64,000 nt of DNA. Origin: Ostrea edulis (taxonomy: Eukaryota). Positions 53,985-64,000 of the stretch are shown here, one piece after another. The position numbers and the translations under genes are program-made. The DNA is taken from positions 5,890,001-5,954,000 of the forward strand of contig NC_079169.1 in the NCBI RefSeq assembly GCF_947568905.1, given 5' to 3'. The notes under the pieces were generated by a model. That model was not told the DNA's origin, did no database searches, and was given only the letters and a program-made list of their open reading frames with translations. Every line of letters starts with the position of its first letter. Positions within the stretch are counted from its first letter, which is position 1.

Positions 53985-54259
53985 TTACTCTCTGATGCGG
54001 AAACTCGGGGTTCCAATCCCGGCCGCGACAGACCTAAGTCGTTAAAACAGGTAGTGACATCAGATGTGAACGTCACGGGTCCTCGTTTAAAAACGGATGT
54101 CCCGTGTCACAGTAGTGTGGCACTAAAGAACCATCACTGTTCAATGGCCGTAAGCACCGATCATAGGCCTAAATTTGAAAACCTTCACCGATCTTGGTGA
54201 AGTCTCCATATGAGTGAAAAATTCTCGAGAGGGACGTTAAAGAAGATGCAATCAATCAA
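53985..54259 (+). mobile_element. tRNA-derived SINE (Meta-SINE-like core)
   Basis: B-box-like GGGGTTCCAATCCC, core GTGTCACAGTAG-TGTGGCAC-TAAAGAACCATCACTG..AATGGCCGTAAGC..CATAGGCCTAAATTTG, (CAAT)n tail. Confidence 0.65.
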
Positions 54260-54377
54260 CATTTTAGCAGTTATTGATCATTGCTTTCACCGTCGATAAT
54301 GAATATATGTTTGCTGCAAACTAGTTCTATCCAGTTTTTAGTACCACCTTTCCCCTGTAATGGTTACCTGATATGTA

Positions 54378-54612
54378 GGTTAATCGTTTGTTTTACGTCG
54401 CCATTAGTTGTAGGTGAACTACCATAGATTACAGTGGTAGCAGTGAGGGTTCTTTAAGATGTCAACACCCCCGTTTTAAGGTCATATCCGAAAGACCTGT
54501 AGTTCTCTCTTCTCACTACCTATATGTTTACATCTTAGGATTGACACGGGCGGAGCTCCAACTCACGACCCTCAGTTTGGAAACAAACGCTCTACCACTG
54601 GGTTCACGCGAC
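54378..54612 (-). mobile_element. Second, more decayed SINE of a related family
   Basis: GCAGTGAGGGTTCTTTA is the reverse complement of the core TAAAGAACCCTCACTGC; tRNA-like head remnant CAAACGCTCTACCACTG. Confidence 0.55.
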
Positions 54613-54715
54613 AGTCCAAGGGTGTATTAGTTGTATCGTTTATAATAACGAATGGGTCAACGATATATTTTAGTACTGAAATCTTGTTTATATATTTAGA
54701 AAAATACATAAAAAT

Positions 54716-54900
54716 ATCAATAAAATGTGGTTTTTATTTGGGGTGGGGGTGGGGGTGTTGTTGTTTTAACGCGTGATGAAGGTAGCAATCATTGCAGAAA
54801 TATTACATAATCGCTCACGCGGTTTATGATTTCCTCCCTCTGCAATGCTTGCTACCTGCGTCACAAGATAAAACCACAAAGAAAGCATTTTATTGTTTAA
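54716..54900. mobile_element. Fold-back/palindromic short element
   Basis: GGTAGCAATCATTGCAGA (54781) pairs with TCTGCAATGCTTGCTACC (17/18); outer arms CAATAAAATG / CATTTTATTG. Confidence 0.55.
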
Positions 54901-54964
54901 TTGATCATATATCACACAGATGTGTACTGTGCGAATGACTTTCGGATGAAAGACTTATATTAGG

Positions 54965-56403
54965 AACAAGAAGCCCACAGGCCTTATCGGTCACCTGAGT
55001 TAATTTTAAATATCACTACTCCTTAGGGCTATAAAATCTAGAAACAATTTACTGTTCTGAACATCTAAGCTAAATTCTAATATTTTCTAATAAAGACAAA
55101 ATCTCTCGCTGTGGCCTTCAATTAGACATTTCGATATATCGATGACGTTTTGTCTATCAACAATAATAACTTTCATTCATATCTCGATTTAATATATTCC
55201 TGTGAGCTCGAAATAAAGGACACCACAGAGTGGTCCACTTCTTCGCCATACTTAGATATTTTATTTAAAGTAGACATTAACGGCAAACTGACAACTCAAC
55301 TGTATGACAAACGGGATGATTTCAGCTTCTCCATCGTCAACGTCCCATATTTATATAGCAACTGATTCGATATGCAAGAGCTTGTTCTGGGTATAGTCAG
55401 TTTTTAAACCAAGGTAAGCTACTGACAAACAAGTTGATGGTACAGGGGTTTCAACAGTCTCGATTGAAGTCAGCATTTCGCAAATGCTATGGTCGTTATA
55501 ACGATCTAGTTCGTCAATACAACCTATCATTGGGTCAAATGCTGTCTGATGTGTTTCATACCGATTGTTAAGCCGTTCTTGGCACACTGATTTTGACTGC
55601 AGATAACTCCGTTTACCTGAACAGGATATAGGGCTCACGGCGGGTGTGACCGGTCGACAGGGTATACTTACTCCTCCTAGGCACCTGATCCCACCTCTGG
55701 TGTGTCCAGGGGTCTGTGATTGCCCAACTATCTATTTTGTATTGCTTGTAGGAGTTATGAGATTGATCACTGTTCGGTATCTTCACCTTTCATTCAGCAA
55801 CAGTATAAAACAAGATCCGTTCTTAAAACTTCAATGCACTCAAAGCTGCATTCACTGATGAAAGGCTTTTCATAATACATTATAATATATGTACAGTGTA
55901 TTAACATTAAACGATATGACTACAATGTAATTAGGACCCATCCTAGAGTCAAAACCCTGGGGTTGCTATTCCAAAACACTTTGAAACCAAACCAAACCCT
56001 TTAGCATCACTATATAGGCCTATACTAAGTTTGGTTCCGCTCTGGGGTCAGAACCTCTACTCCGGGGATCCTGAAAGTTACAATTGTGGTAGAGGCCTTC
56101 CTGTTGTATATCGCTAAGCATTTAGTTTTTCTTAATGATAAGCAAGTGTACAAAAAGATTTTTGAAAATTGGTTAATTTTTGACAGTTTTTGTCCCACTC
56201 CTAAGAAGGCACCAGGGGTGCAAGAGTCCTGAGAATTACAATTTATGCCCCCTGGCTCTAAAGAAGCTTCATACCAAATTTGAAAAGGAATTGGAATAGT
56301 AGTTATCAAGAAGTTACATGTAAACATGTTCAACTATTAAAGCCCGACGGACGACTCACGGCGACAACCAATTGCAATAGGTTTACTCAGGTGACCTAAA
56401 AAG
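54965..56403 (-). mobile_element. Helentron-associated element, apparently interrupted by the PLE fragment at 55086-55792
   Basis: Left AACAAGAAGCCCACAGGCCTTATCGGTCACCTGAG (reverse complement of a HINE 3' end); right GACGGACGAC...CAATTGCAATAGG...ACTCAGGTGACCTAAAA (reverse complement of a HINE 5' end). Confidence 0.6.
55086..55792 (+). mobile_element. Naiad-type Penelope-like RT fragment with 3' tail
   Basis: TFRYIDDVLSINNNNFHSYLDLIYSCELEIKDTTE..YLDILFKVDINGKLTTQLYDKRDDFSFSIVNVPYLYSN, a small deletion, then LIRYARACS-like frame to stop, and the shared tail ending CTTCACCTTTCA. Confidence 0.85.
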
Positions 56404-57340
56404 TTCGTTATATCAGCAGTTTTGATATCGCACAAATAAGTAATCATGGATAAATGACTGTCAGAAGAAAGTCGCTCAAAGTCATTTTGTGAAGGTTAAG
56501 GTCACTCATAACATATACCTTATATATACATGTATGAAGAAAACCTCTTCATTTCAACAATATTTCAACTGGTATTGGTCGTTTGAGTCATTCGTCGTAT
56601 GAGGTAGTTCATTGGTTAGATGCGGGGCGCATCCATAAGAACTTCATAACTTTTACTGATATTCTTGTTTTATAAAATAAAAGAAGCCAATCATGACTAT
56701 ACAAAAGACAAATATCATGAAAATCCAAAGACAAAATCTGGGGATTTCAATTTGATCAGATATGTAGATCCATTTTTACTATCAGAATGCAAAAATTGTG
56801 ACCGCGGAACATGAACTGGCAAGATTAGAAACATACAGCGTTTGTGACTGTCGTCTTGACGTCACAAATGAAAAGGTATACCCGTTACGTAAGATTCAGC
56901 GCGGATGACCACGAAAATATCAAATTGAAATTGCAGTTTTTGAAGTGAATCTCAATCCATTTTGCAATATTACAAATGTAAATGTATCATATTAACATAT
57001 ACAGCAGAATGGATATTAATCAAGTGTAGCGGGGCCCCTGTCGGGCAGTCTGCACCATTAATCTAAACGTCGTCATGGATATTAATACTTTGAAAGACCA
57101 TCCTTTTATGCCTTCAATTTACGTCATGGGAATCGTAAGATTAAAATTTCAATTTGCTATAATTCGATTTTAATCCATTTTTAGCCTTCAGTGCGGTCCC
57201 AGTAAATTAAAAGCACAACCAAATGCTTTTCAACAATAACTTTGTCAAGATAAAGTAGTGCATCGATCTTATGGAGGAATGCAGCAAACTATAATCAAGG
57301 TTTACCCCCAGAATGTATTCATTTTAAGTTTAACAGTAAA

Positions 57341-57410
57341 CACAGCGCGAGAATCGAACTCGACATCCAGAGATCAAAAGCTGACTCTGTAACTGACTGA
57401 CCTAGGTATA
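57341..57410 (-). other. Decayed tRNA-Lys(TTT)-like sequence (pseudo-tRNA or SINE head)
   Basis: Minus strand CTAGGTCAGTCAGTTACAGAGTCAGCTTTTGATCTCTGGATGTCGAGTTCGATTCTCG: A-box-like start, CTTTT anticodon arm, GTTCGATTC B-box. Acceptor stem not intact. Confidence 0.35.
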
Positions 57411-57670
57411 GAGATACCCCCAACAAGTACGAGTCTCAGTTACCGCCCCTGCGCTCCTTATATACCCCGGACTCATATTTTCAACGAACAACGAGGTCGT
57501 TCCGACTGAATTTCTGCCGGAAGGATTTTCTAAGTAAAATCTACACAGATATATGTCCTTTATTGTCATTAGGTGATTATCATGTAATCGGCTGAATACT
57601 AATATCCACTGGAAATGCTAATCTCGCATGCATTTAATCCCATTGGAATCGGTACACAAGATATGTTATG

Positions 57671-57733
57671 ATCTATTTCGTATTGCTTATAGGAGTTATG
57701 AGATTGATCACTGTTCGTTATCTTCACCTTTCA
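57671..57733 (+). mobile_element. Extreme 3' tip of the Naiad-type PLE
   Basis: TATTGCTTATAGGAGTTATGAGATTGATCACTGTTCGTTATCTTCACCTTTCA, nearly identical to 55740-55792. Confidence 0.8.
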
Positions 57734-57788
57734 TGATTTGACGAATAAGAAAAAAAATTACGGATGCATTTTTTAGAACATTACTTTG

Positions 57789-58355
57789 CATAGATAAATA
57801 TACCACCTAATTACTATACACTGTACATTGATAATTACTATACATAGATAAATATACCACCTAATTACTATACACTGTACATTGATAATTACTATACATA
57901 GATAAATATACCACCTAATTACTATACACTGTACATTGATAATTACTATACATAGATAAATATACCACCTAATTACTATACATTGTACATTGATAATTAC
58001 TATACATAAATTATGTCTTTGTTTTATCACACGGAGGTACACGGTGGCATCGACGGAGGTACAGGTGACATCCACGGAGATGCGCGGTGGCATCCACGGA
58101 GATCCTCCGTGGACTTCAATGTCTAGCTCGCGCGGAAAAATAGGACTTCAAAGGTGCCGACAATTTTAAAGGTCCACCGTGTTTGGGGCAAATTTGTTCC
58201 ACCGCGTTGCGTGGAACACGCATAAAACTCGTGTCGTGTACTGTAGATAAATATACCACCTAATTACTATACATTGTACATTGATAATTACTATACATAG
58301 ATAATTATACCACCTAATTACTATACACTGTACATTGATAATTACTATACATAAA
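57789..58355. repeat. 54-bp minisatellite (4 + 2 copies) split by a 233-bp GC-rich insert at 58011-58243
   Basis: Unit CATAGATAAATATACCACCTAATTACTATACACTGTACATTGATAATTACTATA. Confidence 0.9.
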
Positions 58356-60719
58356 TGAAAGGGAGATAATAGTCTAACTTTCTTTCAAAATACATGTATA
58401 TTTGTAAAAACAACAGAAAATAATTGCTAAATGGAATTCCTGTTCGATGCAAATTATCTACGGAAAGTTGACGCAAAAAATTATTTAATAATTATCTCTT
58501 TAAAAACTTTCGGTATATTCTTGCGACATACAGTTATTCTTTACGAGGATTGTGATATTGAAATATGGCTATAATGGATTAAAATATCAATGCATTTCAG
58601 AAGATATAACATGTTTGCGCTTGATATCCATTACATTGGTTATGATACATGTAATTGCAAAGTGGATTGAAATTTACTTCAGAATCTGCACACTGTTTTC
58701 ACGGTCGTCCGCGCTGAATCTATTTCCAATCTTGCCAGTTTATCTTCCGCAGTCTTAGCATGGGCACAAGGAACAACATATGACACACGTGTTAGCAATA
58801 TACACATTTATTAAAGCCTTACTAGACCATTTCACAATTTTGTTTTGAGTACTCACTGCCTTTGAGATATGATAACCGCGATAACATTTTCCTAACTCTA
58901 ATTCATGCTGTGTTTTTGCAAAGAAACTGTCGTCGTTACTCTTATATCAAAGGATGTGTATACTATTTTCAATTAAAACGGACACTTGTCATTACGGTGC
59001 ACGGGAAACATTCCGGAGCAGACAGAGAATAAAGCAGACGACCACCCCACTTTCTGTACACAGGCAACCCTCGGCTTAACCTTTCCATTCAACTAATTCC
59101 TCCTGTAACGGGACTTGATGTGGCTGTGACAGGCTTTATCCTGCACGTGCAGACCAAACACCAGAACTGACACCTGCAATTTGAAACCAAACACTCTGAA
59201 GTTCAAAGTGATACAAGACGCCGGGTGTAACAAAGCTGTTTGAGACTGATCGTTTGTTGTAAAACTAATGTAATTGTTACGTGTTAAACATTGTGCATTC
59301 ATTAAGATTGTATTTGTTTTCCCCTATAAACATGCCTAATGTTATTAAATTGTTGATATGCAACGTATTATTCCTTGAGAAAAACCAAATTAATAAGTCC
59401 TATTTTCATCATGAGCAATCACTACTCCATGGATACATGTAGCTCTATTTCATATCTATCTTATTATAGTGAATCATTCACACGTGTTTTAAATTCCTGA
59501 GGTAGATTTTCCCATGCGCAATAAGTACTAACGAGATGATACTCTATCGAAATATTTAGAGACAGTGTCCTTGCGCAGTGCAGTTGTTTTTGATTTTGGG
59601 ACATTTTAAATAGCATTATATTGATTATGTTGAAATCTTTCCATTGTAAATGTTCAAAAATCGCTATAACTGCAACACTGCAATTTACTTTCATTTACAC
59701 GTAGTTGACATTTGGACAATGGTTGAAATCTTTATTTTACAATGAGATGGTAGTTTTCCGCTAATAGTGTAGTATATTGCCCCGGCTTCAATAAAATGAC
59801 AAGATAATATTTACATATCTGCATGGGAACTTCTGATAAGGTTCTGGGTTTTGTACATGTATTAAATGCTAGTCCAGTTTGTTAGTGACGGCATATGGAT
59901 TCATACATTCCACGCAAAAACTGTGTTCACTTGCTCAGTTGTTATCAATAACTGTAAATTATGAAATCTAAGTAATATCAATATAATTAAATAATGCATG
60001 GGCCATCTCTCTCAGTAGTTGTATTTTCCAACTTAGAACTTTAACTCCCAATTAAATTGGGAAATTATTATGTTTTCATATATCACTATTGTACATGTAT
60101 GTATATAAGGAAAATTTCGCTCTTGATTTATTTTTGTCAATTTCGCCATTATCGTGTATGCGTTTCTTTAAAACTGAGTCAATATAACTTAATTTGAGGC
60201 GTGGACACAATTTGAACTGAATTTTTTCAAATTTCATTCCACACATTTTGATGTTTACAATACTTAACTACGGTATTTCTAATGGTCAGCAAAAATTTGA
60301 AGGTCAATGGTTGGATTCAGCACTCCCAATTCTTTCTTATGTAAACAATGCTCGTGTCATGTTTAAAACAAAATGAGATGTGACAAACACTAGAAACTGT
60401 TTATGTAATTGTGTTTAGAAACATCTGCTTTAAACGAAACGTTTTTAAGTATATTTAATCTATGTAATCAAAAAAGGATTTTTGTGCGAACTCTTATTGT
60501 CACCATGACGTGGTTCAGATGTCACGCTTTGAACAAAATTGAATCTTTATATATAAGGAAGTATTCATACGAGTTGATTTGGAGGTAGATTTTTTATATA
60601 CTACAGCTTATTTCTGAATTATCTACTGTTGGAAGGGGACATGTTCCCTCATTGCATCAACTTTAAAATCGCCTTTACCAAAGGAAGCATTGTGATTAAT
60701 TTGCTTGTCGTGTTTCACG

Positions 60720-60976
60720 ATAAGATTGTTCGTTGTACATTGAGTAAAGTTCCCACTCATATAGAGACATCACCATTGCCGGTGAAGGGCTACAAAATTT
60801 AGGTCTATGCTCGGCGCTTACGTCCTTTGAGCAGGGAGGGTCTTTTATAGTGCCACATCTGCTGTGACACGGGACCTCGGCGTTTTGCTATCTCATCCGA
60901 AGGGCCGCCCCCATTTAGGAGCTTTTTACGAAGAGCAAAGGGTACCGAGGACCTATTCTAACCCGGATCCCCATGG
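60720..60976 (-). mobile_element. SINE with Meta-like core
   Basis: CACTCATATAGAGACATCACCATTGCCGGTGAAGGGC..AAATTTAGGTCTATGCTCGGCGCTTAC...GTGCCACA..TGCTGTGACACGGGAC is the reverse complement of the 54.1-54.2 kb core; different head region. Confidence 0.65.
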
Positions 60977-61223
60977 AAACACGGTAAGATGACAAGAATA
61001 TGAAAATGTTTACGCCCGACAAAATTTGATTAGTAAATTATCACTTGAACCATCGTCTCGGATAAGTTAAATATGCTTTACTATGATCACTTTTGATATT
61101 TGTCATCGCCACATTTTTGTACTCCAAGTTTTGGTAATGAGTTTGTAAAAAGTGACAAAACAATAATTCTTCTAAGAAAAACGAATGGATAGACACTAAA
61201 TGAACATATATTTACTGAACATA

Positions 61224-61917
61224 TCAATCAGCCTGTACAAGAAAACCAGAGATGTGACTGTGGCGGGCGTTGTCACTGGCTCGACTACCGGCAAGAACGT
61301 TCACTCCCCACAAACTTCCAACCTCGAACCAAACTCTATCAGCTTTCTCCAGCTGGAGTACAACAGAACCAGCATGGTTGATCCATTCCTGGTGATTGTG
61401 GTCGAAGTACACGTACATCTCATTAATACCATTTTTCTTCAGAAATATGTGAAGGCCGTGGTCTTGGGTTTCTGGTGGGGATGTACCGGAAAAGGCAAAG
61501 TTATAAGTTCCGGAAACAGGTGCGACAAAGATCCCGTGAAGCGGATCGTAAGCATTTCCTACGTTCGTTCTTATACCAGAGAAGGCTAACGTGGTTCCTG
61601 TTGTCAGATTGGTGAGGTCATTTGTCAGGTAAGCGAAAAAGGCGATGCTGACATCTTTAGCGCTTAGTAGGGCTGCATATTGAAAATAATATTATCAAAT
61701 ATCCTTCAATTTGACACTATTATCAGATTAATTTTGTAAACATGTACATGTACTTACACATCTGATTCTTTAAGTCACTGACGTCATTTTGCAGACGAAT
61801 GATATCTGTCATCAGCGTCTGTACCTGTTCAGCAAGGGCATTCTCAGAGCTGGGAGGTTCGGGATTGTTCAATAAATAACAGTCAACAGTGACGAGCAAT
61901 AGTAAATGTAGCAACAT
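61224..61917 (-). CDS. Secreted C1q-domain-containing protein (signal peptide, short coiled coil, globular C1q), 2 exons, 202 aa
   Basis: Exon 1 61917-61758 (MLLHLLLLVTVDC...LAEQVQTLMTDIIRLQNDVSDLKNQM, donor GTAAGT, phase 1). Exon 2 61672-61224: IAFFAYL...LAFSGIRTNVGNAYDPLHGIFVAPVSGTYNFAFS...LKKNG...GSVVLQLEKADRVWFEV...HISGFLV*, canonical gC1q motifs. Confidence 0.92.
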
Positions 61918-62152
61918 AACGCGCGATTTCTCAGGCGTAGAATCAATTGGATCGAATTCTTATCTCTTTCTAGTACACAAGGCCTGCCTTGGTCATATAA
62001 GTGACTTCTTTACCCTATTTTCTAAATTGGTTATCAGTGTAGGTCTTCGCATTTCGTAAAGAACAATGTACTTGTACACCTATATGTGGTGCCTTTTTAG
62101 TTTTAATGGGGATAAAAGTTTGTTGGTTTTGTCATAAAACAAAATTTATCAA

Positions 62153-62414
62153 TGAAAAGTAATAACGAACTGTGATCAATCTCAAAACTCCTATAAAGAA
62201 TACAAAATTAAGAGTAGAGCAAACACTGACCCCTGTACATACCAGAGGTGGGATCGTGTACTTAGGAGGAGTAAGTATACCCTGTCGACCAGACACACCT
62301 GCCGTGAGCCCTATAATCTGAGCAGGTAAACGGGGTAATCCGTAGTCTCAGTCAGTATGCAAAGAACGGCCTCAGTTGATTTGAAACATGTCAGACAGCA
62401 TTGACAGGTTGTAT
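62153..62414 (-). mobile_element. 3' tail fragment of Naiad-type PLE
   Basis: GAACTGTGATCAATCTC..AACTCCTAT...ACCAGAGGTGGGATC..TAGGAGGAGTAAGTATACCCTGTCGACC..ACACCTGCCGTGAGCCCTATA. Confidence 0.8.
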
Positions 62415-62519
62415 GGGTAAATATCGATTTGCTGTGTCATGATATTTGTCTCCATTCTTTCCTCTCCAATTAAAATTGTATTCCATTGATCAATTGATTT
62501 CGTAGTCTTGCTCAACCAC

Positions 62520-63031
62520 GAAAATTATTATTCAACGAATAATGATGAAATCACGGCATTGTGCAGAGAAACGCACACCCTTCTTGTACTTTGGCAGCAA
62601 TGTGGTCACGCAACATTAAGCTTTCTGGTTACTTGCCTTTGGCCAAAGGGTCATGATAGTTAGATATGTGTGATGGTTATGATATTGAGTCCAACCTGAT
62701 TATCAATAATAACCACATTAGCGTGTCTGAAGATTAAGTTGCAATGACTGTGATCTTTAACAAAGAAATCTCAGACATTATCATGTGTGAACATACAAGA
62801 TAAGCAGTCTGTCTAGCATACTCCAGGTTTGATTCTTTACAGAATATTAATGATTCCTTTCACTATAATTAGCAGATAGACAACATTCCAAGGCAGTGTT
62901 CAGAAGCAGCCCATTTTACTTAGTTAGTGAGAGCAGGTTGGTTGATCCTTAATCTGTGTGGTGTGTTCGGTTCAATTACTTAATTCAGTGAACTTTCTTT
63001 TATGTTTATAAGAGTTGCAAGACTTTATGGT

Positions 63032-63072
<41 letters not shown>

Positions 63073-63400
63073 GCTCCATATGAACTTGACGATTGGTTGA
63101 AAAGACCTTTGTATTCTTCAATCTCTAAGTTAATATACACTTTCCTCCATAACTGAACTTGACGATTCGGCAAACTTTGATGGTGTTTACCGAATTCTTA
63201 ACGTTAAGTGTGTTAGAGGGAGCAATTTAAGGATCGTAAAATAATCTTATAATGAATGTTAAATCGATTTTGCAGGTTAAACACAGAACAGGTATAGGTC
63301 CATTGGTTTTGAAATGGTCATATGGGTCTTCTTAGAGTACGCCTTGTGTGTTGACATCATTGAACTTTATTTTGATTGAGAAATACAAACATTTACCTTT
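62520..63400 (-). mobile_element. Possible very old LINE (CR1/L2-group) RT relic
   Basis: Scattered frameshifted echoes on the minus strand in the expected order: PIPVLCLTCKI (~RPISLT..CKI), a CESQL-like stretch, a GTxLG-like stretch, MFTHD (~LFADD). No intact frame. Confidence 0.3.
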
Positions 63401-63875
63401 TAATAAAAATATTTATTTCCATTATTTGTTAAAGTTTTGTAAGAAGAAAAACTGATAGTATTAAGTATGTCCTGAAGGTGAAAAAGCGAGACGTAGCATC
63501 AGTCAACGATTCTGCAAGTCGCACTCAAGTGTCTATGTACAGAAAACAAAACTCAATGCCCCATGGACTCTCTGCACGGCGCCGGTTAACGATTCCGTTA
63601 CATCGCAAGGTCTATTTGACAAATTGTCATTTCCAACTTGCACAATGAGCTAATGATACCATGTTTTGTGAGATACTGTCGTGCAATCCGGGTCTGTAGA
63701 ATACTATTTGGAATATTAGTGTAAAATTATCGTAATTCTAATTACGAAATTTAAATTTTTTTTTAAACTTTCGAAAGTTACATTTTACAGTTTCTGAATG
63801 TAGAAGATTTCTATTGTGCTTTGATCGGTGATTCTTGTAAAACAGAAGTCGATATAAAATCACTTTATTTTTCCT

Positions 63876-63911
<36 letters not shown>
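63876..63911. repeat. Poly-G run (36 nt); a poly-T run (37 nt) is at 63034-63070
   Basis: Directly visible homopolymers. Confidence 0.95.
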
Positions 63912-63914
<3 letters not shown>

Positions 63915-64000
63915 CAGCGTTTTTTGTTGCTGAAGTGAAGTTCACGTCTTTCCCGCGTCCTTGAGGTCTTATAAACAATATGTCACACAACCTTGCGTCA

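Noticed and set aside
55620-55730. HDV-like ribozyme or SECIS in the Naiad 3' tail
   Set aside because: A P3/L3-like stem-loop is present, but there is no GG for P1.1 and no convincing P2/J4-2. I also could not find a proper SECIS core with apical AA.
43970-58093. ORFs 43970-44152, 50836-51018 and 57773-58093
   Set aside because: Translations of the 33-, 28- and 54-bp minisatellites.
61200-61589. 129-aa plus-strand ORF
   Set aside because: Antisense shadow of the C1q exon.

Overview
AT-rich, intron-containing animal genomic DNA, most likely an oyster (Ostreidae). That assignment rests on a ~166-bp HindIII/Cg170-type satellite carried in a Helentron-associated element, bivalve-type SINEs and a secreted C1q-domain gene. 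I reconstructed three spliced genes by hand from GT-AG sites and phase continuity. (1) The last 8 exons (52-6818, +) of a PH-domain docking/adaptor protein with many Tyr motifs. (2) A complete 4-exon gene (29046-39598, +, 979 aa) for a secreted protein with LRRNT, ~22 LRRs and LRRCT, fused through a basic RSVR linker to a trypsin-fold domain that has lost all three catalytic residues; it has no TM or TIR domain. This is the most interesting object in the window. (3) A 2-exon secreted coiled-coil + globular C1q gene (61917-61224, -, 202 aa). The rest is mostly repetitive: large minisatellite arrays (31, 33, 28 and 18/20 bp units, the last with higher-order structure), a Penelope GIY-YIG fragment with a minimal hammerhead-ribozyme motif and an inverted copy of it, six fragments of a Naiad-type Penelope-like retroelement, Helentron-associated elements, SINEs and MITE-like elements. 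The long ORFs at 8.7-12 kb in the ORF track are by-products of a tandem repeat. No database searches were run; family names come from motif recognition.
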